Shown: positions 41,696-49,729 of the stretch, piece by piece
Position numbering within the stretch: the stretch's first letter is position 1
How the letters are laid out: the number at the start of each line of letters is the position of its first letter
Assembly: GCA_036918135.1 (NCBI GenBank)
Contig: JBALDB010000017.1
Coordinates: 15,903 to 79,902 of the forward strand
Origin: Nostoc sp.
GTDB lineage: Bacteria > Cyanobacteriota > Cyanobacteriia > Cyanobacteriales > Nostocaceae
Reading direction: 5' to 3'
Length of the DNA: 64,000 nt
Position numbers and translations under genes: made by a program
The notes under the pieces: model-generated
The model's input: the letters and a program-made list of their open reading frames with translations, nothing else
The model's database searches: none
Told to the model about the DNA's origin: nothing

Positions 41696-41961
41696 CGTAG
41701 GAGTTATGAGTTACGAAATATCTATTTTTTGTCATTAGTCATTTGTTTTTTGTCCTTTGTCATTTGTTCTTTGTCCTCTCTTACAAAGTTGAGGCAGTCC
41801 GTTGGCGGGGTTCCCCCGCTTAAAGGAACTGCCGTCCGATCTAAGGAAACCTTGGCTCAACGCCACAAGATTCCGACCCAGGGCGCTAAGGTAGCAGTGG
41901 CTCGACTTTGCGCTTTGTGTGAAGCAAATGACCAATGACTAATGACTAATGACCAATATGA

Positions 41962-42981
41962 TTAAACCAACAACGGTCTAAATCCATGTTTCACTGACAC
42001 CCGACCAATCTGCTCCATTTTGTCTACGGTAATCTGATTGCGTCCCCATGAAAAGTTCGTGTACAACTTCTCAAATTCCAGCAGCATTGATTCAGCAAAA
42101 CAAGCAAACAACTGGCGTGCTGGTACGTCCATATTGACAATTTTCATAATTTTCCAGTCAATATCTAGGGAATGCTCTACAATTCCACCATTTAACACAT
42201 GTACGCCAGGATGCTGAATTTTTGTCGCTAAATTTTTAGGATAACCACCATCAATTAACAAACATGGTTGTTTCAAAATGGTAGGTTCAATTTCCACGCC
42301 TTTGGGCATACTGGCAACCCAAACCACAATATCAGCTTGGGGTAGTGCTTCGCTCAAAGTCATGACTTTCCCTCGCCCCAGTTCGCTTTGTAACTCTTTG
42401 AGACGTTCTTGGTCACGCGCTATTAGTAGAAGTTCTTTGACATCTGTTCTCGCATCTAGCCAACGTGTAACTGCACTGCCAATATCACCTGTTGCACCAC
42501 ATATAGCAACTGTTGCTTTTGAGAGATCGATTCCCAGCTGTTTTGATGCTTGTTCTACCTGCCGACTAATTATATAAGCAGTATGAGTGTTTCCTGTAGT
42601 GAAGCGTTCAAACTCTAGTTTGATGTTCCGGACTTGGCTAAACTGTTCCAACTTAAAATTTTCAAAAATAATCGAGGAAAATCCGCCTAAAGCCGTAATA
42701 TTAATACCATGTTTTTGTGCGTGTGCCATAGCGTTAAGCACTTTGCGCGTTGCTGCTTTGATGCGACGAGTAGCTAACATCTCTGGCAAAAAGCAAGATT
42801 CTACATAGCGTCCTTCAATTTTCTGTCCAGTTAGACTGGTAACAGTAATGCTATCGACAATTTGTGGCGGGGCACTGCACCAAAAGTCTAGCCCTTGATC
42901 GGCATATTCTGGGTATCCCAATTCTTGAGCTACCGCTTGAGCGTGTTCTAAACTAGTCAGATGTCCAATTAGACCAAACAT
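41962..42981 (-). CDS. aar: Acyl-ACP reductase (alkane biosynthesis)
   Basis: [36 protein letters not shown]; adjacent to ado. Confidence 0.97.
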   Translation of the reverse strand: MFGLIGHLTSLEHAQAVAQELGYPEYADQGLDFWCSAPPQIVDSITVTSLTGQKIEGRYVESCFLPEMLATRRIKAATRKVLNAMAHAQKHGINITALGGFSSIIFENFKLEQFSQVRNIKLEFERFTTGNTHTAYIISRQVEQASKQLGIDLSKATVAICGATGDIGSAVTRWLDARTDVKELLLIARDQERLKELQSELGRGKVMTLSEALPQADIVVWVASMPKGVEIEPTILKQPCLLIDGGYPKNLATKIQHPGVHVLNGGIVEHSLDIDWKIMKIVNMDVPARQLFACFAESMLLEFEKLYTNFSWGRNQITVDKMEQIGRVSVKHGFRPLLV

Positions 42982-43115
42982 GTAATGATTATTAGCCTTG
43001 TGCTGTCTTGAGCGCGTAGAATTAGTTGGAAGTTGGAAGTTGAGAATTGAGAGTTCGGAGTTAGGAATTAGGATTGGGAGTATATTATTGATAATTCCAT
43101 TACTCCTAAACTTTT

Positions 43116-43814
43116 CTAAGCGGCTGTAAGTCCGTGGGCTGACAAGCGCATAATCTCGAAAGTTTTGAACCCGATATTACTTAATGCTTCACCGTATTGA
43201 ATCATAAAGTCTTCTATTAAAGCGTCTTTTTCCATTGCTAAAGTTTTGGCATCATCCGCTACTTGGTTGAGCATTTTCCAAACAAGTGGTAGGTTTTGGC
43301 GATTTGCTTCTTCTAATTCAGCTTTGGATTGTCCAAAGTGTTCTTTCAACCAAACTTCTCCAAAATTGAGATGACTATATTCATCTTTTACTACGCCCTC
43401 AGTGATTTTGCGGGCAAAATCATCGGCAACGGGAATGTAAATGTTGTATGCTGCGATCGCAAAACATTCAATAATCAAAGACTGAATCAACAAACAAGTG
43501 ACGACTTTGCCTTGGGCGGCTGCTGTTTGGAAGTTTTGGTGTAGTCCCAAGAAAAATTCTTTGGCAAATTGTAAATCTGGGATGACTTGTAAATTGCGTC
43601 CACAAGCTTCAAATCCTTTCTTGTGACGACTTTCCATCTTAGATAAACGAATCAATTCTTTTTCCGATTCTGGCAGCAGTTGGGCTAGTTGGATGTAATT
43701 CTCATGGGCTTCTTGTTCCCCTTCAATCACGATCGCATTAATCCGGCTATAAGCGTCTTTGTATTTTTCGCTCTTGAAATCAATTTCTGAAAATTGGTCT
43801 CTTAACTGCTGCAT
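43116..43814 (-). CDS. ado: Aldehyde deformylating oxygenase
   Basis: [19 protein letters not shown], di-iron ExxH motifs (ESRH, EYSH). Confidence 0.97.
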   Translation of the reverse strand: MQQLRDQFSEIDFKSEKYKDAYSRINAIVIEGEQEAHENYIQLAQLLPESEKELIRLSKMESRHKKGFEACGRNLQVIPDLQFAKEFFLGLHQNFQTAAAQGKVVTCLLIQSLIIECFAIAAYNIYIPVADDFARKITEGVVKDEYSHLNFGEVWLKEHFGQSKAELEEANRQNLPLVWKMLNQVADDAKTLAMEKDALIEDFMIQYGEALSNIGFKTFEIMRLSAHGLTAA

Positions 43815-44636
43815 GGTACGTTTTCTCCTGTAAAGAAAGAATTATTTGACACCACGATTCAATTTACCCTCTGTTCATAGGGTAATAATTATTGTGGTTT
43901 AATTTAACTTAACAAATAACTATGTTTATAGATTAGCTGTTGCTTGGCTAGATGCTCTAGTACTAGAGAAACAAATGCTTTGCCTTGACAACTCATGCCT
44001 AAACCAAACTAAAATTACGAATTTGGCGATTTTGTGAGCCTAGTAGTCTTACTGCTAGGAGCATTTATCGTTTTACTACTATTTGTAGTTTTTGTCACCT
44101 CCTTGGTACTGAAAATCGCAACTCTAAAAAATTTGTGGAAAAATAACTGGTCTTTAGCTATTTATCAAGCTGCACGGCAGCAAGGTAAATTTTTACTGAT
44201 GTTTGCTAATTCTACCTTGGTAGCGATCGCTGTGACGGCGTTTAAAATTCTCACTTTTACTTTGGCTGGTTGCTCCCAAAGCACGGTTAAAATTTTGGGG
44301 AGGCCAAGTAGTGCTTGCTGTTGGTTGTCTTGGTAACTTTGGTGATGATTAAGAACTAGCAACCGATGAACAGTACAAATTAGACTTCCTGCAGAAGTTG
44401 GGAAAAGGGTAAGGGGGTAAAAGGTAAGGCTGACAAGTGTACGGTTTTCAGTAAAGGAATGAGTGATGACTGTAAAACTAACATCATCATCATAGTTTCA
44501 TCAACCCTTACACCCTTACACCGCTACACCCGAAAACCAGTATTTTTTGGGAAAGTTAAAAAACCTACACCTGTAATGTCATACGCCCATTGAATTTGTT
44601 GTAAGAACATCTGTATCTACCCATAAATCATCAATA

Positions 44637-44708
44637 TTTTAAAGAAACCCGACAAGAAAATATGAAGTTTTCATATAGAGTATGTAATTCTTACAAGCCA
44701 ACTTGAAG
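44637..44708 (+). promoter_or_regulatory. Conserved upstream element shared by the two MDSQ-type peptide genes
   Basis: Aligns with 49054-49124 (TTAAxGAAAxCCxACAA...AAGTTTT...GTAATTxTTACxAGCCAA..TGAAG). Confidence 0.6.
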
Positions 44709-44746
44709 CAATAATCGTACACAATCCGCAAGGAAGTCAAACAATT

Positions 44747-45055
44747 ATGGATTCTCAAACATTAGAACAATTACAAAACGACATTGAGCAGAAACTTTCT
44801 GAAAGCTTGAAAAATGCTGAGTTACAAACAGTACTTGAAAAATACGGAATATTAGAAGATAGAGTCCTGAGAGTTCAGTGGCAGTGCGATCTTGACCTAA
44901 ATAAAATTAACTCTGGTGATGCAGTTGATGAACAGCAACCTAATCAGTTATTGCAAGCAACCGCAGGAGGTATAAAACCAGAAATTGTTTTAGCGAAAAA
45001 ATCATGGTGTGTTCCTTGCCCAGCAAATGGTAGCCCTCTCGGCTGCAATTGCTAA
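44747..45055 (+). CDS. Small protein with helical leader-like N-terminus and Cys-rich C-terminal core (possible RiPP-like precursor)
   Basis: RBS AAGGAAG; ...LLQATAGG then IKPEIVLAKKSWCVPCPANGSPLGCNC; paralog of 49295-49588. Confidence 0.75.
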   Translation: MDSQTLEQLQNDIEQKLSESLKNAELQTVLEKYGILEDRVLRVQWQCDLDLNKINSGDAVDEQQPNQLLQATAGGIKPEIVLAKKSWCVPCPANGSPLGCNC

Positions 45056-45094
45056 ATAATTTAGTTTCTATATCAATACCTTCGCCATTTTTTT

Positions 45095-45165
45095 GTAGGT
45101 TGGGTTGAGCAAAGCTCAACCCAACCTATGGAGACATTTTGGGTTTTATGCCTCAACCAACCCAC
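45095..45165. repeat. REP-like GTAG hairpin doublet
   Basis: GTAGGTTGGGTTGAGC-AAA-GCTCAACCCAACCTA followed by an inverted degenerate unit; related sequences near 7425 and 18586-18700. Confidence 0.55.
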
Positions 45166-45181
45166 GAACAATTGAATTATT

Positions 45182-45293
45182 GACGTTGCTGAATTGCGGT
45201 ATGAATTTAGATGTAGAGATGTTGCATTCCAACGTCTTTACAAGGATTTTGATATCATACACAATCATTTTCAGACATGAAATCAGCAACGCC
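45182..45293. mobile_element. 112-bp MITE with 8-bp target-site duplication
   Basis: Terminal inverted repeats GACGTTGCTGA / TCAGCAACGCC, flanked by GAATTATT at 45174-45181 and 45294-45301. Confidence 0.75.
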
Positions 45294-45542
45294 GAATTAT
45301 TAACCTTTTTAGGGTGAGGTATACTAAGTGCCTGTGTCTTTAGGGTTAAGAAGAATGTTTCATGTGATGTTAAAACACATCACGACACCTTAACCCATAC
45401 CTTCATAATCGTTTACAAACTAGCCTCTTAAATTTTTAATAACGAAATAAACGTAGATTACTGATTCCAATGTATAATACTGGAGTTTAATCAAGCTTGG
45501 TTACTGTGTAGCAATCATTATTTTCTTGTTGAAAGAGGTGCA

Positions 45543-45803
45543 ATGGTATCAAGTATGAATAATCTTCGGCACTGCGTTAAAGTTTTAGGAATTGCAATAA
45601 GTGGTGCGGTAGTTTTGTCTACAAACTCTGCTATCGCTCAAATTGAGCATAAGGGCAATCTACTTAATAAGTATGGCGTTACAGCACAAGACAATATAAT
45701 AATTCCTGGTAACGCCCAATATAAAACTAATCTCTCTCCAAGTTTTGATGCATGGTGTGTACCTTGCCCATCAACTGGCAGCCCTTTCGGCTGCAACTGC
45801 TAA
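45543..45803 (+). CDS. Chimeric small secreted protein: TpsA-like signal/N-terminus fused to the Cys-rich core
   Basis: RBS GAGGTG; signal ending SAIA|QI; region up to NLSPSF aligns with NLFHSF of the neighbouring FHA-like proteins; tail WCVPCPSTGSPFGCNC. Confidence 0.75.
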   Translation: MVSSMNNLRHCVKVLGIAISGAVVLSTNSAIAQIEHKGNLLNKYGVTAQDNIIIPGNAQYKTNLSPSFDAWCVPCPSTGSPFGCNC

Positions 45804-45969
45804 ATAATTTATTATTTCGTACTGAAAAAACTTTATCCTAGTGAGTATAAAAATACTAAGCTTTGCATTCAATAGTTAGGTTACATAAATAACATTAACG
45901 TACCACCATAGCTAATTAGCAAAGAGCAGTATTTCAATAAACTCAGTATTTTGAGGGTAGAAGTTTGTA

Positions 45970-48399
45970 ATGTCTCCAAATCGAAGCAGTTGGTACTGGG
46001 AGTTAGGGATAGTGAGTAGTTTAGTAATTACTGGAGTACTCACTTACTCTCAAAATTTTGCCTTAGCGCAAATACAACAAGATGCCACGCTTGGATCTGA
46101 AAGTTCAATTATTACACCAAAGTTAATTGATGGTCGCTCCATAGACCAGATTGACGGTGGGGCAGTTCGTGGTAAAAACTTGTTCCACAGCTTTGAAAAG
46201 TTTTCAGTCTCTACAGGAAGTACAGCCCACTTTAACAATGCAATAGATATTCAGAATATTATTAGTCGCGTGACAGGTAACTCTATTTCTAATATAGATG
46301 GCATTGTGAAAGCTAACGGCACAGCTAACGTGTTTCTAATTAATCCTAACGGCATTGTTTTTGGACCGAAAGCTTCTTTAAACATCGGTGGTTCATTTGT
46401 GGCTAGTACAGCGAATAGTTTGAACTTTGCTGATGGTACAAAGTTTAGTGTCACAAATTCTCAGACTACACCCCTACTGAAAGAAAGTATTCCTATTGGC
46501 TTACAATTCGGAACAACAGCCAGACCTATCCGCAATCAATCTCAAGCAAGACCAGATGGTGCAGTTAATAGCTTAAGACAAAGTGTTGGTCTGCAGGTGC
46601 AGCAAGGAAAAACCTTGGCACTGATAGGTGGTGATATAACGTTAGAGGGCGGAAATATCACAGCAAAGCAGGGAAGAATTGAGTTAGGAAGCGTTGCTGG
46701 CAATAGTTTCGTCAGTTTAAGTGCGACAAATCAAGGTTGGGCTTTCGGATATCAAGGTGTGCAAAATTTTCAGAACATTAAATTAATGCAGGAAACTGGG
46801 ATGCCATCTGTTGTAGATGCTTATGGAGAGGGTGGCGGTAATATTCAATTACAAAGCAAGCATCTGCTGATAACTGGCGGTTCACTAGTTGTAGCTAATA
46901 CCTTTGGAGGAGAAGTCGAAGGTAATTTGACAGTGAATGCTTCAGAGTCTGTAGAACTTGAACAAATTGCAGTCTTATTTAATGGAACTTACTCCGGCGG
47001 AAACTTTGGAGACATAAATATTACTACTAAAAAATTGGTAGTTAGAGATGGAGCGCAATTGGCGGGACAATTGATGATAAACGCTTCAGATTCCGTAGAG
47101 CTTATCGGCGGCGCCTATGTTTCCTTACCAGATGGTAGTGATTTAATACCGAGTGGATTATTTAGTGCAACTTATGGCGATAAAAATGCTGGCAACATTA
47201 CAATTAACACTGGAAAATTGCGTATTGAAGGAGGGGCAAGAATATCAACAAGTTCTGAGGGAGTGCTTCGGTTTCCTTCTTATCAACTTACACCAGCTAC
47301 AGGAAAAGGCGGAAACTTGACAGTAAATGCCTCTGAGTTTACAGAACTAATTGGAACGTCACCCAATGGTTCTAAGGTCAGCGGCTTGTTTTCTGGGACT
47401 GAAGGACCTGGAGATGGAGGAAACTTGACCGTAACGACAGGGCAATTAATTGTCAAAGATGGGGCTGCAATAACTCTCAACAGCCAAGCTCGAAAGAATG
47501 TAATGTATGTGGGAGATCCGAATAATCTAGGGAAAGCTGGCGATTTAAATATAAGTGCTGATTCCGTACTTTTGGACAATAATGGAAAACTCACATCTAA
47601 TAGCGAATCGGGTAAAGGTGGTAACATTAGGCTACAGGTGCGGGACTTATTATTGATGCGCCGCAACAGTCAAATATCCACTAATGCTGGGGGTGACAAA
47701 ACTGGTGGTAACATCACTATCTCTGCACCTAATGGTTTTCTTGTCACCCCTATTTTTGGAAATAGCGATATCACCGCCAATGCCTTCTCTGGTTCTGGTG
47801 GCAAAATTACAATCACCACTAAAAATATTTTTGGATTTGTACCCCGCACCCGTGCAGACGTGAAGAAGTTAGATTCACGACAAATAGATCCGAATAATCT
47901 GCCAACAAGTGACATCACAGCATTTTCTCAGCAAAACTCTTCATTAAGTGGCACAGTACAAATTAACTCACCAGATGTCGATCCTAGTAAAGGATTGGTG
48001 CAATTATCGGTAAATCTAGTTGATGCTTCTGAGCAAATTGTTGCTGGTTGTGGTTCTCGTATAAAAATGGCTAAGAGTACATTTACTAACACTGGGCGTG
48101 GAGGAATATTAGCCGATCCCACACAGCCGTTGATGGCTGATGCAGTGGTAGTAGATTGGATAACACCGAATCCAGAAAGTGAAAATCGTCCTGAGGCTAT
48201 TAAGAGTAAAGTAGTTGTTCAATCGCAGCCAAACAGAGATTCTCCACAAGAAGTGAATTCTGTCAACGAACCTACTGAAATTGTAGAAGCTCAAGGATGG
48301 ATAATGGATGGCAATGGTAACGTGGTTTTGGTTGCTGAAGTCCCAGATGGAATGCCCCATAGTGCCTTGCTTGCTTCTAGATCTTGCGCTGCTAATTAG
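45970..48399 (+). CDS. Filamentous haemagglutinin family (TpsA-like) exoprotein
   Basis: Signal peptide ALA|QI, NLFHSF, SRVTG..S.IDG, INPNGI secretion-domain motifs, GG/GN beta-helix repeats, C-terminal EAQGW. Confidence 0.92.
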   Translation: MSPNRSSWYWELGIVSSLVITGVLTYSQNFALAQIQQDATLGSESSIITPKLIDGRSIDQIDGGAVRGKNLFHSFEKFSVSTGSTAHFNNAIDIQNIISRVTGNSISNIDGIVKANGTANVFLINPNGIVFGPKASLNIGGSFVASTANSLNFADGTKFSVTNSQTTPLLKESIPIGLQFGTTARPIRNQSQARPDGAVNSLRQSVGLQVQQGKTLALIGGDITLEGGNITAKQGRIELGSVAGNSFVSLSATNQGWAFGYQGVQNFQNIKLMQETGMPSVVDAYGEGGGNIQLQSKHLLITGGSLVVANTFGGEVEGNLTVNASESVELEQIAVLFNGTYSGGNFGDINITTKKLVVRDGAQLAGQLMINASDSVELIGGAYVSLPDGSDLIPSGLFSATYGDKNAGNITINTGKLRIEGGARISTSSEGVLRFPSYQLTPATGKGGNLTVNASEFTELIGTSPNGSKVSGLFSGTEGPGDGGNLTVTTGQLIVKDGAAITLNSQARKNVMYVGDPNNLGKAGDLNISADSVLLDNNGKLTSNSESGKGGNIRLQVRDLLLMRRNSQISTNAGGDKTGGNITISAPNGFLVTPIFGNSDITANAFSGSGGKITITTKNIFGFVPRTRADVKKLDSRQIDPNNLPTSDITAFSQQNSSLSGTVQINSPDVDPSKGLVQLSVNLVDASEQIVAGCGSRIKMAKSTFTNTGRGGILADPTQPLMADAVVVDWITPNPESENRPEAIKSKVVVQSQPNRDSPQEVNSVNEPTEIVEAQGWIMDGNGNVVLVAEVPDGMPHSALLASRSCAAN

Positions 48400-48592
48400 A
48401 AATCGACTTGTTGACTAAAGTTTATTAATTATGTGCAGAAGTGAAAGTTTATAAACTCTGATAAAAAATAAAACACTGATTACGTATTTCAATGTAAGCT
48501 ACTAAAAATTGCTAAAGCTTTCCTGCTGTCAGCAATTGTTATTTCTTTAGAAAGGCGCAATATCAAGTTATGAGCAAATGAACTTGATACAA

Positions 48593-48912
48593 GCGATCGC
48601 TCTTTGTATTCAACGCCGCTTTTGGTGCGTTAGCGCAGCCCATCGTAGACATCGCTTGTTGGTTATGGGGTTGAGAGGAACGATCGCCCTTTCTACTCAA
48701 CTCAGATGTGGTACGTTGGTGTAGCCCATCGTAGACATCGCTTGTTGATTATGACTTTGAGAGGAGCGATCGCCCTTTCTACTCAACTCAGATGTGGTGC
48801 GTTGGCGTAGTCTGTCGTAGATATTGCCTGTTGATTATGAGGTTGAGAGGAGCGATCGCCTTTTGTACCAAATTAGCTGTAGGTGCATTAGCGTAGCCTG
48901 TCGTAGACATCA
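48593..48912. repeat. Tandem repeat of ~86-bp units (~3.7 copies)
   Basis: HIP1 or HIP1-like octamers at 48593, 48680, 48766 and 48852; each unit also holds GCGTTRGCGYAGCCY.TCGTAGACATCGC. Confidence 0.85.
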
Positions 48913-49294
48913 CTTTTTCTATCATCACCAAGACTCACACAACAAAAATAGGCGTACATCTTATTTTGTACTCTTTTACTCAGCGCGAGATTAGAGAAGA
49001 TATCAATTACTCTTGTTGCATTAACAACAGTTAGCAACCAGATTTATGAATGCTTTAAGGAAATCCAACAAAAATATATAAAGTTTTGTTAAACAATGCG
49101 TAATTATTACTAGCCAAGCTGAAGTCATAGTTATGGGAGTTGGCAACAGCTTTAAAAAGCTAATGCTTTAGTGCCACTGTAGACTCTGTATTCTTAATTG
49201 CTTCGTTGCCAAACTGTACAAATCCAATTCACATTATTAAGTACAACACAAAATCAGTTTACATATTTACTACTTTACAAGGAGATCAAAATTA

Positions 49295-49588
49295 ATGGAT
49301 TCTCAAATATTACAGCCAACAATCATAGATACTCAAACATTAGAGAAGTTAGAAGCAGAGATTCAGCAAGAAATGTGTGAGATATTAAAGAATGCTAACT
49401 TCCACAATATACTCGAAAAGTACGGTATATCACAAGAAAAAAATCTGCAACTTGAATGCAGTTTAGACTTAACTCAAATTATAATTAGTGGTACGGAACA
49501 TTCACTCATAAAGCCAAGTAAGCGTACCTTCCTATCGGGTTGCTGGTGTCCGTGTAGAGGTGTCTGTCCTTGCAGTTCTTCATGTTAA
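49295..49588 (+). CDS. Small protein, paralog of 44747-45055, with a different Cys-rich tail
   Basis: RBS AAGGAG; D(S/T)QTLE.L..IQQ...LKNA....LEKYGI...C.LDL shared; tail GCWCPCRGVCPCSSSC. Confidence 0.75.
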   Translation: MDSQILQPTIIDTQTLEKLEAEIQQEMCEILKNANFHNILEKYGISQEKNLQLECSLDLTQIIISGTEHSLIKPSKRTFLSGCWCPCRGVCPCSSSC

Positions 49589-49729
49589 GTAATTTTATAA
49601 ATTTTTGTTTTAATTTTTAACAAGTATGTTTGTCAACACTAAACATTGACAAACATACTTGTTAAAAACTTTAAAATTAACCAACATAGATTACGATTTA
49701 GCTCTAATCTATTTAATAAGGCTTATACA

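Noticed and set aside
38845..43814. ado-aar-accA-SDR-folE cluster as a novel system
   Set aside because: A well-known conserved cyanobacterial arrangement.
44034..44362. Overlapping 100-aa (+) and 65-aa (-) ORFs upstream of ado
   Set aside because: No recognisable motif or RBS; possibly a gene relic, but it cannot be assigned.
45105..45317. 70-aa ORF
   Set aside because: Composed of a REP-like doublet and a MITE.
45003..45811. Template/variable repeat pair of a diversity-generating retroelement
   Set aside because: Mismatches are not adenine-specific and no reverse transcriptase is in the window.
48593..48912. CRISPR array
   Set aside because: Whole units are similar to each other, with no unique spacers.
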